IMG/VR virus record: IMGVR_UViG_2534681673_000007
Coordinates: 1 to 37,562 of that record
Reading direction: 5' to 3' (one strand)
Origin: a virus
Lineage: Duplodnaviria > Heunggongvirae > Uroviricota > Caudoviricetes
DNA length: 37,562 nt
The notes beneath the pieces were generated by a model. The model made no database searches, had not been told where the DNA came from, and worked only from the letters and a program-made list of their open reading frames with translations. A program made the position numbers and the translations under genes. Positions within the stretch are counted from its first letter, which is position 1, and every line of letters starts with the position of its first letter. Shown one piece after another: positions 21,640-32,000 of this stretch.

Positions 21640-21916
21640 CCGCAACAGCCACTTTGATATCTTCCTGGGTTCTCTGTGACTCCAGTGCGATCTGCTGTTT
21701 TGCATGTTGATTCGCCTCCTGAATGATGTTCGTTATTGCCATAGTACGCAGAACATTCGCGGTGATAGCCTCAGTAGAATCAGCTCGCTGTTCCGCAGCG
21801 TCAGCACGCTTCTGCTCCTCCAGAAACTTTCCATGATAGTGATTCGCTGACCAGACAAGACCACCAGCAACACAAGCAATAAACGTTAAAATGAGCGCCC
21901 AATAACTCATCTTCAT
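21524..21916 (-). CDS. Rz-like i-spanin
   Basis: N-terminal TM helix (SYWALILTFIACVAGGLVW) then a charged coiled-coil; follows the endolysin. Confidence 0.7.
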   Translation of the reverse strand: MKMSYWALILTFIACVAGGLVWSANHYHGKFLEEQKRADAAEQRADSTEAITANVLRTMAITNIIQEANQHAKQQIALESQRTQEDIKVAVADDDCASRPVPAAAADRLRKFANGLRERSGGTTASQPDF

Positions 21917-22527
21917 ACCAGCAGCGCCGCCCGCGCCTTGTTGTATCGGACCTTACGATCCTCAATACCGTTCAGACCGCCGTTAATGATGCGCGTAACA
22001 CGGTTAATATCGGCACCGTAGATCATGCAGCCTTTAGAGGTGTAGAACCATGCAGCTGAGCGCGCCGCCTGTAGCTCCTGTTCCAGTTGTTCAGGTGAAG
22101 TCACCAGATCTAACTTCAGCGCCGCACCACAGATGCGATAATTATGGAGGCCAGTGATTTGAATTAATCCTCTACCACGATATTTCCAGCCATCACCGGG
22201 GGCTTTGTTACCCAGTCGGTTGCTATACACCAGATTGGCAATAGCATCCTGACGAGCTGCATGTCCGGATGTTCTGCCAAGGGCATCAGCCTGCTGCTGT
22301 GTGATCCTCTTTCCGAACGTCGCCACCAGCGCAGATGGTGTGTAGTTAAAATTTTCAACTACGGCGCTAAACCCCATCGACTCATGGCCTACCTGAGCGA
22401 TAAACATTGCCTGATCCGCGGGTACTGTAATGCCGAATTCCTTCATCGCCGCATCAATGTGCGGAAACCAGCGCGCAGCCAGCCCGGCACTAATACCAGC
22501 CGCCTTTTGAAATAATTGTTGGTTCAT
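21913..22527 (-). CDS. Endolysin, glycoside hydrolase family 19 (chitinase-like lysozyme)
   Basis: 204-aa ORF with GH19-type motifs (FIAQVGHES, GRGLIQITG). Between holin genes and spanins. Confidence 0.85.
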   Translation of the reverse strand: MNQQLFQKAAGISAGLAARWFPHIDAAMKEFGITVPADQAMFIAQVGHESMGFSAVVENFNYTPSALVATFGKRITQQQADALGRTSGHAARQDAIANLVYSNRLGNKAPGDGWKYRGRGLIQITGLHNYRICGAALKLDLVTSPEQLEQELQAARSAAWFYTSKGCMIYGADINRVTRIINGGLNGIEDRKVRYNKARAALLV

Positions 22528-22808
22528 TAGTGCCTCAGATGATCAACCAAACGTGCAACGTTGCCTCTGACGGCCACCAGCACGGAAAGAAAAATAGTAT
22601 TCGCCACGATAATGGGCCATGAGGAGTGAGGATAAATCCCACAGAGATAGGCCAACGGAACAGCACTGTATGTAACAGTAATCAGCCAGGCTAAACGTGA
22701 AACCCAAGGACGATGCCGCGAATCACCACGACGATAAAACATCAGAGTAATAACAACACAAGCACATAACAGCGCATTAATAGTTGCTGTCGGGTCATTT
22801 AGCTCCAC
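22527..22808 (-). CDS. Small membrane protein of lysis cassette (holin or antiholin-like)
   Basis: 93 aa, 2-3 hydrophobic helices. Between the holin and the endolysin, with overlapping start/stop. Confidence 0.5.
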   Translation of the reverse strand: MELNDPTATINALLCACVVITLMFYRRGDSRHRPWVSRLAWLITVTYSAVPLAYLCGIYPHSSWPIIVANTIFLSVLVAVRGNVARLVDHLRH

Positions 22809-23181
22809 CTGAACCTCCCCGGCGCGTTATGAGCGCCACCAGCGAGCCGATATCCTGATTATTCAGGAACGTCAGGATTTTAACGGCTAAAGCAGAGACG
22901 ATTACGGCACCAATAGCATCCAGAGGTTTATCACTGTATCCGGTCAAGTTTGCCAGCTTGGAGCCAACCAACCCAGAGCAAAGGATCCCAGCAATATATG
23001 ACACGATAAAATATGCCAGTCGACGCGATGCACTCAGATCTGCTGCTGTTGCTATATAGAATACAGCCCCTGCAAATGCGCCAAATACAACGCCGTAATC
23101 AGTTCCGGTCAGCAGTCCATAAATACTAGCGCCCGTTAGGGCTCCACCAGCTAACCCTGTGCCGGAAATCGGATCGGACAT
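22795..23181 (-). CDS. Holin-family membrane protein
   Basis: Start MSDPISGTGLAGGALTG at 23181 with GAGGTG RBS. Gly/Ala-rich TM segments. First gene of the lysis cassette. Confidence 0.6.
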   Translation of the reverse strand: MSDPISGTGLAGGALTGASIYGLLTGTDYGVVFGAFAGAVFYIATAADLSASRRLAYFIVSYIAGILCSGLVGSKLANLTGYSDKPLDAIGAVIVSALAVKILTFLNNQDIGSLVALITRRGGSGGAK

Positions 23182-23289
23182 TAGCCACCTCTTATTGCAG
23201 TGAGTCCTCTCAGAAATAGAAATGAGAGGAATAAAAAAGGCCACCATTTGGCAGCCATAGAATTGATGTAATTATAACTAATTCATTAA

Positions 23290-24096
23290 CTATTTCTTAA
23301 TGATGCTATTTAACATTTCTAATGCAAAAAGTAACATGGAGCTAATAAAATATAATATAACCGCACTGGCAATCGCTCCAATTATAGCCTGGACACTCCA
23401 GTGAAAGTAATTTTTACCATTAATAACAAACTTAACACTAGGAAACAAAAAGTCGATAAGCTTAATTATTAATGGAATAGCAAAGCTCCATAAGTTCGAA
23501 AACAAAATAAAGATACAAATAAATGATAAAGCAAATGCACCATCGATTGATAGTTTTGGCGCCAGTTTTGAGGCTGTCCATAAGCTAAGCAAAAAGCCAA
23601 CTGTCACACCTGAAATCTGGATACTTAACATAGTCCAAGCTGTTCTAAAAAATCTAAATTTATTTTTGCACTTGTTAAGTAAATCCTGAATCGTAATCCA
23701 TAACGAGTCAACCCACTCATTATCTTCCGATGCTACAATCATTGTGCTGCTATTTGAATTCCTCTCATCAATTCGTAGCTCCATCCAAGATCCATTCATC
23801 CTGTTAGACTGTCGACTTTGATAAGTTTCAATAGTAAAAATTATTTGATCAATCCTAGTGGCCTGTCTAAAGTATTTCACAAGCTCACCGATAGAATCAA
23901 CTTTATATCCCTTACCATCGAACAAAATAAAAAAAATACATTGAGCACAAACTTCCCTACTTTCCTTTTGAGCTTGCTCATTCATTTTAACGCAGCGTTC
24001 GACAATTGCCGTGCTTAAGCTAATCAAGCTATCTTCATTTATAGAAACACCTGAAATATTCTTGCTTCTGTAAAAATATGACACTTTCGATTCCAC
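23290..24096 (-). CDS. Unknown cargo protein: soluble N-terminal domain (about 160 aa) fused to C-terminal multi-pass TM domain
   Basis: 268-aa ORF in a markedly AT-rich segment. Hydrophobic helices near the C-terminus (GVTVGFLLSLW, AFALSFICIFILF, AIIGAIASAVILYFISSMLLFAL). Start codon uncertain (GTG 24096 or downstream). Confidence 0.6.
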   Translation of the reverse strand: MESKVSYFYRSKNISGVSINEDSLISLSTAIVERCVKMNEQAQKESREVCAQCIFFILFDGKGYKVDSIGELVKYFRQATRIDQIIFTIETYQSRQSNRMNGSWMELRIDERNSNSSTMIVASEDNEWVDSLWITIQDLLNKCKNKFRFFRTAWTMLSIQISGVTVGFLLSLWTASKLAPKLSIDGAFALSFICIFILFSNLWSFAIPLIIKLIDFLFPSVKFVINGKNYFHWSVQAIIGAIASAVILYFISSMLLFALEMLNSIIKK

Positions 24097-24293
24097 TCCG
24101 CACCAGTCTCGATTTAGCGCAGGTTAACATAACCACTTCATTGGTAGAAGAAAAGAACTCTTCTTGTCAGAAAGCTACTGTGATATCCCTAAACCTGCAG
24201 ATGATACAGAACAAAATTTAAGCATCAATTGTAGGCGATTTTAAATTCACTTTACAGTTTAGGCTGCCAATTGGCAGCCGATTGAAGCAGAAA

Positions 24294-24563
24294 TCAATGA
24301 GTGCTCATCGATGAATTTTTTTCAGCGCCAATCTCACTCAAAAAAGCAAAACCTTTTGACGTTATATCATTAGCAATCAATCCACCTTCGGCAGATTTGC
24401 TTCGTATAACATCGATAAAACCTATATCAGCAAGATCTGAAATAGCAAAATTAACCTCTTTTGCTGAGAGATGAGGTAATGATGCAGCCTGAATTCTAGA
24501 ATCCTTTGGCTGCAATTCATTCACTCGACGTAGTATTTCAAGATGGATAGAGGTCAGTTTCAT
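24294..24563 (-). CDS. Unknown small cargo protein (89 aa), possibly DNA-binding/regulatory
   Basis: ATG at 24563 with AGGAG 6 nt upstream. AT-rich. Directly downstream of the Q-distal terminator and upstream of the membrane protein. Confidence 0.6.
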   Translation of the reverse strand: MKLTSIHLEILRRVNELQPKDSRIQAASLPHLSAKEVNFAISDLADIGFIDVIRSKSAEGGLIANDITSKGFAFLSEIGAEKNSSMSTH

Positions 24564-24646
24564 AATGTTCTCCTGTTTTTAATGTTGTTTTACAGAAAAC
24601 ATTATAACACATTGATTTTGATGTAGATTGAATAGAAAAAAACCAT

Positions 24647-24669
24647 AAAAAAACCTCGCAATAGCGAGG
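24647..24669 (-). terminator. Rho-independent terminator (CCUCGC-UAUU-GCGAGG plus U7 tract) downstream of Q; candidate tR'
   Basis: Stem 24654-24659/24664-24669; on the minus strand it is followed by TTTTTTTATGGTTTTTTT. Confidence 0.6.
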
Positions 24670-24777
24670 TCGTAAAAATTGTTCAACGATAGATACACAA
24701 GCCCCATCGTTGAGAAAATCTTATCCATATTTTTTGAGAAACACAAGTATTATGTCGTTATCTTCGGCGAAAATCGC

Positions 24778-25530
24778 TTATCTCGTCACCCTTCTCAATT
24801 GTGCTTCAGCGTAAGCTTCCTCCTGCCAGCACTTTGTAACCAGTTTATCAATGACATCTGCATATCCTTTGTACCACTGATAATCCGTCAGGTCTGGTAC
24901 CAGCTTCTGGACATGAAGCCGCGCCAGTGTGGTTGGTAAACGGCTAAACCGGTTTCCATTGCAACGCCCACAAATCTTATAAACAGGCGTGCCATGAAGC
25001 CGGGTTCTTTTTTCATCCAGGACAATACCTTTACCCTTACACCCTCTGCACGCTGTGCTGACTTCTCCCTTACCATGACAATGCTGACATAGTTCCTTCA
25101 CCCACTCTTCCTTGATAACAGACTCCCCGCTTCTGGAGTGTTTCACCACTTCGCGCAATACATTATGAAATCCAGTACCAGCACAATGCTCACAGCGAGC
25201 CTTACTTGCCGCAGACCTGGAATAATCAGCAAAGGCAAAATTCACAAGGTAAGGAATGATCTGTAGCCGGGTTTCTTCACTCAATTTGTTCAATGTCGGG
25301 TTATCCAGTGCCATCGCGTAATTGAGCAGACCTTCAATCGCAAACAGAGGATCCTGAACACCAACTTTTGCCAGGAATAAGGCAAACCCAAGCGGTGCTT
25401 TCGACTGCACCATCCCCTGCGCAGCCATCACATCTGTAATTGTTAAACCACCCGAGCCTGTCGCCGGTGCGTCATCACTCAATTTTGGAGATTTTGGGGA
25501 GTAATATTTTGGTAAGGCTTCAAGGTTCAT
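24778..25530 (-). CDS. Late-gene antitermination protein Q (Qin/phage 82-type)
   Basis: 250-aa ORF with Cys-rich zinc-binding region (CEHCAGTG...CQHCHGKG...CRGCKGKG...CGRCNGN). Position upstream of the lysis genes. Confidence 0.8.
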   Translation of the reverse strand: MNLEALPKYYSPKSPKLSDDAPATGSGGLTITDVMAAQGMVQSKAPLGFALFLAKVGVQDPLFAIEGLLNYAMALDNPTLNKLSEETRLQIIPYLVNFAFADYSRSAASKARCEHCAGTGFHNVLREVVKHSRSGESVIKEEWVKELCQHCHGKGEVSTACRGCKGKGIVLDEKRTRLHGTPVYKICGRCNGNRFSRLPTTLARLHVQKLVPDLTDYQWYKGYADVIDKLVTKCWQEEAYAEAQLRRVTR

Positions 25531-25544
25531 GCTCGTTCTCCCAC

Positions 25545-26540
25545 TTACGCCAGTACGCCTATTGCCAGCGCACGATCGATAAAACGAAATATCAGTTCCA
25601 GCTGGGAGCCATACTTCTCTTCAAATGCCACGGTATCCGCATGCAGCTCGTCGTGATGCTTTCTGCACAAAGGCAACACAAAGAGGTCATGCGCTTTTGT
25701 TCCCATTCCACCCTGACCGTGACCTATCAGGTGGTGGGGATCATCAGCGGGCTTTCCACAACATGCACACGGCTGTGTCTTAACCCAGCGCGTGTACTTT
25801 TCATTAACCCAGCGGCGACGTTTTGGGCGTAACATAAAAGACTCCGGCGACTCCGGATCCACTTTCAGCGCCAGCACCTTTTTCGCCTTATCCTGGATGA
25901 TGCTGGTGGCAGGAACCGAAGGCACAAGGTCACTTTCCCGGGTGACAGACGGCACAACAGGCTTCGGTAATCTCAGTGCCTTACGGGCTGCACTTTCCGG
26001 TAAGGCATCCGCCAGGTCATTACGAATCAGCCACCAGCACAGTTCCGGCATTGTCACAACGTGACTGTCATCAAAACCGAGATCCCGACGCACAACAGAC
26101 AACACCCAGCGGGCACAGTTATCCGTTGCCATTGATTCCAGCCGTTCCGTGAACTGATCGCGCAGCTGGTTATCGCAGTGCCAGCACAGACGGATTGCGC
26201 CCGGAGCGTGTCGCATTGTGGTCATGTTCTCGCTGTGCCAGTCGGAATGAGGCCACTGGCAGCCATTTTCACGAAGTAACCAGCTTTCAAGACATTCCAC
26301 GCCACCAGCACGACGGATCACTGCCTCATTGCGGAACACTGCCCGAACGGCAGGATCATCCGCCAGCGGTTGTGATGCCGCCGGAACGGCACCACTGGCG
26401 AAAGATGAATAACGTTCCGGCTCAGGCTCCAGCAGGACACGCCCCTGCATAAACAAGGGCATCAGCTCTGAACCAGGTCTGAACAATACGATCCCCATAC
26501 GCGGGGCAATTTCAGGGGTCAGTAGTGCTCTCACGGTCAC
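25545..26540 (-). CDS. DUF968-domain protein (YdfU-like)
   Basis: 331 aa. C-terminal CACCGKPADDPHHLIGHG...KAHD...HH motif block. Adjacent to Q, as in Qin-type prophages. Confidence 0.65.
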   Translation of the reverse strand: MTVRALLTPEIAPRMGIVLFRPGSELMPLFMQGRVLLEPEPERYSSFASGAVPAASQPLADDPAVRAVFRNEAVIRRAGGVECLESWLLRENGCQWPHSDWHSENMTTMRHAPGAIRLCWHCDNQLRDQFTERLESMATDNCARWVLSVVRRDLGFDDSHVVTMPELCWWLIRNDLADALPESAARKALRLPKPVVPSVTRESDLVPSVPATSIIQDKAKKVLALKVDPESPESFMLRPKRRRWVNEKYTRWVKTQPCACCGKPADDPHHLIGHGQGGMGTKAHDLFVLPLCRKHHDELHADTVAFEEKYGSQLELIFRFIDRALAIGVLA

Positions 26541-26541
26541 C

Positions 26542-27339
26542 TCAATGAACGGTATCGAGCAGCTTTAACAGCTCAGGGAATCGGGATTCGAAGAAATGCG
26601 GCTGCGTCTCGCGCGGATTTGCGGGACTGGTAATGTTCTTGCCGAACATGCAGCCTTTCGCCGTTAGCGACCAGAATTTTTTGATGTTGTTAATCGCGGT
26701 ACGGCTGTATCGTTCGCGCTGTTCGACGATCCCCAGTTTCACCATCTGGTGATATGCCTGATTAGCTGTCAGGCGGATACCATACTGCTTCAGCAGTGCA
26801 CTCAGTGACAGCGTGGGGCGGCTTGAGCCATCAGGCGCGTCAGCAGGAGCATCAATGGCATAGCGCGGTGCCAGATTCGGTAAGCCAACAGCCTCCTGGA
26901 GTTTCTGACAGGCACCAAGCACTGAAGAGTTAGACAGGTTTAACTCCCTGCGCATAAAGTCCAGCAGAATCACACCAGCCTGCATCTTGTCAGCAGCCTG
27001 CCCGGATAATTTTTCCGGTGCGCTGGTTACCATATCGAAAGTACGGATCACCTTCAGATGGAATGACGGGCTGATCCACATTGCATAGGCATACACCAGT
27101 TCTTTGCAGACATACGTCCCCTGGTTATTTCCGCCACGAATAACGTTAACTGGCTCTATATTGACCGAGTTGCAAATCTGCAACTCGCTTATTAAACGTT
27201 CAGTTTGCTCATTGCGGAGCCAGAATGCAGGCTTATGCTTATCCAGAGAACCGGCAGCCCTGTGCAGATCGTTCAGGCTGTAACGACCATAAGCATCACG
27301 ACGAACTTCAATACCATCAATGACCATCAGATTATTCAT
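26542..27339 (-). CDS. KilA-N domain protein
   Basis: N-terminal MVIDGIEVRRDAYGRYSLNDLHRAAG...KPAFWLRNEQTERLI matches the KilA-N DNA-binding domain pattern. Confidence 0.7.
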   Translation of the reverse strand: MNNLMVIDGIEVRRDAYGRYSLNDLHRAAGSLDKHKPAFWLRNEQTERLISELQICNSVNIEPVNVIRGGNNQGTYVCKELVYAYAMWISPSFHLKVIRTFDMVTSAPEKLSGQAADKMQAGVILLDFMRRELNLSNSSVLGACQKLQEAVGLPNLAPRYAIDAPADAPDGSSRPTLSLSALLKQYGIRLTANQAYHQMVKLGIVEQRERYSRTAINNIKKFWSLTAKGCMFGKNITSPANPRETQPHFFESRFPELLKLLDTVH

Positions 27340-27358
27340 ACTTCGTTTCTCCTCTTAA

Positions 27359-27497
27359 TCAGGCGGCTGCACCCGCCGTTTTCTCGTACTTACTGATAGT
27401 GATCTCGACCTTCCCTTCCGGGATAACCGGTCCCCACTCCACCAGCATTCTTTTCACCTGACTGTCGTCTTCCCACACACCCGCGTGGGTCAGGGCG
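27359..27497 (-). pseudogene. rusA: rusA Holliday-junction resolvase, C-terminal fragment displaced by IS insertion
   Basis: Hand translation continuing from the N-terminal fragment across the IS: ALTHAGVWEDDSQVKRMLVEWGPVIPEGKVEITISKYEKTAGAAA, then stop. Confidence 0.7.
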
Positions 27498-27505
27498 TGT
27501 AGTGG

Positions 27506-29005
<1,500 letters not shown>

Positions 29006-29009
<4 letters not shown>

Positions 29010-29332
29010 ACTTTCAGGCCCCTCTCATGTAACCAGTGGGCTGCACGCAGCCTGGCGTTTTCCTCACCGGCAAGCAGTGAGCGGATAATCCCGACCGCCT
29101 CGCTGTCGTCGTCCTTCACCGCGGTATGAAGCGTTATCCCCCGGGCCACGCCACGCTTTATCGTGATGACGCCTTTTTTCTCCAGTGCGCGAAGATGCTC
29201 CACCGCTGCATTCACCGAACGGTATCCCAGCATGGTTGCCACCTCCTGATTGGTTGGCGGGAAGCCACGTTCTTTCTGATAAGAAATCAGCATATCCAGC
29301 ACCTGCTGCTGGCATTGAGTTAACGTCGTCAT
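29006..29332 (-). CDS. LexA N-terminal DNA-binding-domain homologue lacking the S24 peptidase domain
   Basis: Start MTTLTQCQQQVLD at 29332. Close match over about 70 aa to the LexA winged-helix domain (GFPPTNQEVATMLGYRSVNAAVEHLRALEKKGVI). ATGA overlap with rusA. Confidence 0.65.
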
Positions 29333-29826
29333 TAAGCCCCCACGTAATTCCCTGACAGATACCACTCTTCACCCGATGCAGCGCGCTTGCTGCTTTTCCG
29401 TAAGCACCGCTCACGACGCGCCAGAAAATTGTTTCGTTCTGGCTGGGAGTGGCTTTCACGGAATGCCGCCATCCACACGGTTGCAGCACGACGAAATAAG
29501 CCCCTGGACTCCAGTTCTTCCGCCTGGCGGGCCAGGCACAAAATCACCCGCGGGTCGTTAGTGCCGACATAGAAATTGCGCACAGGTCTGGTTTCACGAA
29601 CTGGTTGTGGTTCCGGTTCCTGCGCTCTCTCAGTCAGGCGCGGGAAATGTCTGCGTGTATCTCCTTCACAACGGTGAGCCACACGCCCACTCTGACGTAA
29701 CTTGCTTGCTGACTGCAGAACGCGCTGCCGTGAGTAACCAGCAAAAGCATCCGCAATGTCTCCGGAAGTACACCCCGGATGGGCTTCAATGAATTTCTGA
29801 ACGTCATTTAACAGACTCATGATCAC
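29332..29826 (-). CDS. Hypothetical protein of replication module (164 aa)
   Basis: ORF translationally coupled at both ends to the O-like gene upstream and the LexA-like gene downstream. No recognised motif. Confidence 0.45.
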   Translation of the reverse strand: MIMSLLNDVQKFIEAHPGCTSGDIADAFAGYSRQRVLQSASKLRQSGRVAHRCEGDTRRHFPRLTERAQEPEPQPVRETRPVRNFYVGTNDPRVILCLARQAEELESRGLFRRAATVWMAAFRESHSQPERNNFLARRERCLRKSSKRAASGEEWYLSGNYVGA

Positions 29827-30764
29827 CCCCTGAATCCTGCCGGGATCTGGCTGTAGTCCACGTTGTCGTAACTGGCTTTGAAGTACGGGTCTTCACGTTT
29901 TTCTGTGTGCGTGCTGACGGACGGCGATAAGCGCAGGGAAAGCTCATCCCATTTTTCCCGCAACTTCGACGGGCTGAGCACGTTACGGCACCAGAACGGA
30001 TCGCGGCTGACGCGGCTGTACATCTCGCAGATTTGTTTGTGAGTACGACCATCCTGCACACACATCAGGCGAATTTCGTTTGCCCAGGCTGTCCAGTTAG
30101 GTTCTTTGGGACGAACCACCTCGCCGTCACATTCGGCGGCCTGCTCGTACAGGGCGATGATTTTTTTCCAGAGCCACTGTGCGCAGGTCAAATCATCCTG
30201 CGTTCCCCACTGGCGCTTTTTAGGGCTGAATACAACCGCATCAGGATGGCGAGTTAAAAAATCCTGTTCAGCCGTCTGCGTGTCCGGTTGCGAAGCGTCC
30301 GGACGAGAAGGTTTTTTATCTGACGGATCATGTTTTGATTTTACTGACGGATCCCCGCCAGATTCTGACGGGTGAAAACCCGCTTTTTTGCCAGATTTCG
30401 ACGCATCAAATTTTGACGGGTCAGATTTTGATGCGTCAGATTTTGACGGGTCAGAATCTGACAGTTGAGAAAATGCCGCTGCCTGAAGCTTCGCAACGTT
30501 AAGCTGATAAACATTCGACGCATTGCGGTTACCCTGGCGACGCGCCTTACGCGTTAACCAGCCTTCTGCTTCCAGCCGTGCGATAGCCGTTCTGACGGTA
30601 CTCATCCCCGCGCCAATCTGACGGGCAATGGTTTCAATTGATGGCCAGCACACACCTTCGTCATTACTGAAATCAGCCAGGCGGGCCATAATTGCCACGC
30701 TGGATAACTTCATGCCTGATGCAGCGCAACCATCCCATACATAGCCGGTTAATTTAGTACTCAT
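29823..30764 (-). CDS. Replication initiation protein (O-like, N-terminal HTH, internal iteron-encoded repeat region)
   Basis: 313 aa. N-terminal winged-helix-like region. Central repeats SDPSKSDASKSDPSKFDASKS encoded by DNA iterons. Confidence 0.65.
   Translation of the reverse strand: MSTKLTGYVWDGCAASGMKLSSVAIMARLADFSNDEGVCWPSIETIARQIGAGMSTVRTAIARLEAEGWLTRKARRQGNRNASNVYQLNVAKLQAAAFSQLSDSDPSKSDASKSDPSKFDASKSGKKAGFHPSESGGDPSVKSKHDPSDKKPSRPDASQPDTQTAEQDFLTRHPDAVVFSPKKRQWGTQDDLTCAQWLWKKIIALYEQAAECDGEVVRPKEPNWTAWANEIRLMCVQDGRTHKQICEMYSRVSRDPFWCRNVLSPSKLREKWDELSLRLSPSVSTHTEKREDPYFKASYDNVDYSQIPAGFRG
30319..30455. repeat. Iteron array (about 7 copies of a roughly 15-bp unit, consensus near ATTTTGACGGGTCAG); candidate replication origin inside the initiator gene
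   Basis: Direct repeats read from the sequence: tctgacggatca, ttactgacggatc, ttctgacgggtga, tttcgacgcatca, ttttgacgggtcag, ttttgatgcgtcag, ttttgacgggtcag. Confidence 0.5.
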
Positions 30765-30773
30765 GACCGACCT

Positions 30774-31112
30774 CTATTTCCCTGAATTTACGACGAAACT
30801 GTTCGAGCGGACTGAAGCATTCATGCTCATAACCTTCGCGGAGGTAGATAACCCGTTGTGTTTCCGGCTCCCAACGAATGACTCTGACGGGCACTCCGTA
30901 GTGATCTTTGAACCAGCGGTTAACTTGTCGCAAAGGACTGTCTCCTTCTGCCGGTTGAAATCACCCACAGCCCACTCTGCAAAGCTGTGGGTTACAATTT
31001 CCCTGTCACCTGGTACATTCACTGCATAGCAATATTCCACCTTCGCTTTTCCACCCGGTACAGGAAGCGCAATCAGTTGCGAGCGACGGTAGTGTGTTGT
31101 TAAACTGTTCAT
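30774..31112 (-). CDS. Hypothetical protein (112 aa), translationally coupled in early-right operon
   Basis: ATGA overlap with the upstream gene's stop and ends 9 nt before the O-like start. Composition unremarkable. Confidence 0.4.
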   Translation of the reverse strand: MNSLTTHYRRSQLIALPVPGGKAKVEYCYAVNVPGDREIVTHSFAEWAVGDFNRQKETVLCDKLTAGSKITTECPSESFVGSRKHNGLSTSAKVMSMNASVRSNSFVVNSGK

Positions 31113-31678
31113 GCGTTAGTTTCTCCACAACCAGAAGCAATCGACGCCACGACGCCCGGAGCTGCACACTCGCGGGCGTCATTACTTTCTGAAATGCAAA
31201 AAATTTTGTAGACAAGTGCTGCATGCTCCTGCAGCTTCGAAATTGAGAGATACAGCTCGTCGTTAATTGCTGTCTTCTCATGCGGTTCCACTACACCGTC
31301 TTCGATTGCTGAACGAATCTGTTTTGAATAACTGCCGATCTGTTCAATGACTTCCAGCAGACGCTGGTTAATATCGGCGTTGTCCACATCCTCGACGTCA
31401 GGAAGAGACACAAAGACGCCATTTGCAGACTGCGCCACAGCATCAGCAATGAAGTGAGTGCCACCAGCACGCTGTAAAACCATTGCCCATCCCAGCGGGA
31501 AAATCTGATCGCCATCTGCACGAAGGCGGTTGAATAAAGCGTTTTCTGTTACATCGAGCCAGTCAGCCGCTTCAGCGTAACCACCCGGCAACGCCGCGAT
31601 AGTTTTTCTGACAGCTTTCACGTACCACTCAGGCTGTTTTTCTATTTTCCAGTGATGCTTACCCACGATTAGCCTCAT
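31109..31678 (-). CDS. Hypothetical regulatory protein in the cII position (possibly YdaT-like)
   Basis: 189-aa ORF immediately downstream of the cro-like gene. Family assignment is tentative, from position and my recollection of YdaT-type proteins. Confidence 0.4.
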   Translation of the reverse strand: MRLIVGKHHWKIEKQPEWYVKAVRKTIAALPGGYAEAADWLDVTENALFNRLRADGDQIFPLGWAMVLQRAGGTHFIADAVAQSANGVFVSLPDVEDVDNADINQRLLEVIEQIGSYSKQIRSAIEDGVVEPHEKTAINDELYLSISKLQEHAALVYKIFCISESNDARECAAPGVVASIASGCGETNA

Positions 31679-31709
31679 CGTTCTGTGGTTAAAAATTGAA
31701 AGTGTTCTG

Positions 31710-31910
31710 CTAATCTTTCGGATAGATATCCGGTCTTAAGTCAGATTTCGTAATTGCACCTGACGTGCATTGCTCAAGTTTTTTAGCCAGCACAAAACTG
31801 GCTTTTTTATAGCCATTGAAAACCAGCCGTAAGTAGCCAGGTGTTGAGCCAACTTTTCCGGCCAACTCGCCCTGCTGTTCTTTGGTTAAAGAGTCCCAAT
31901 ACGCTTTCAT
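31710..31910 (-). CDS. Cro-like HTH transcriptional regulator
   Basis: 66-aa product MKAYWDSLTKEQQGELAGKVGSTPGYLRLVFNGYKKASF... with an HTH. GGAGG 10 nt upstream. Divergent from the CI-like gene. The ORF track's longer 31710..32249 frame is not supported. Confidence 0.6.
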   Translation of the reverse strand: MKAYWDSLTKEQQGELAGKVGSTPGYLRLVFNGYKKASFVLAKKLEQCTSGAITKSDLRPDIYPKD

Positions 31911-31916
31911 ACAATA

Positions 31917-31933
31917 TGTACCTCCGGTGTACA
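31917..31933. promoter_or_regulatory. Operator-like site TGTACC-TCCGG-TGTACA, overlapping the cro RBS/promoter region
   Basis: Inverted repeat read from the sequence in the 90-bp cI/cro intergenic region. Confidence 0.45.
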
Positions 31934-31966
31934 TATTACATGATTGAAATGAACCTTCAAGATACT

Positions 31967-31983
31967 TGTACCTTAACGGTACA
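31967..31983. promoter_or_regulatory. Operator-like site TGTACC-TTAAC-GGTACA (perfect inverted repeat)
   Basis: Second copy of the same 17-bp architecture, 50 bp from the first, in the cI/cro intergenic region. Confidence 0.45.
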
Positions 31984-32000
31984 AGGGTTTTAATTTCGTT

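Noticed and set aside
30319-30455. CRISPR array interpretation of the short direct repeats
   Set aside because: Repeats are about 15 bp, contiguous without spacers and lie inside an ORF they encode; they are iterons. No cas genes are present.
30763-31029. Plus-strand 88-aa ORF antisense to the early-right operon
   Set aside because: The minus-strand frame 30774..31112 is translationally coupled to both neighbours and fits the operon, so the antisense frame is more likely chance, though neither has recognisable homology.
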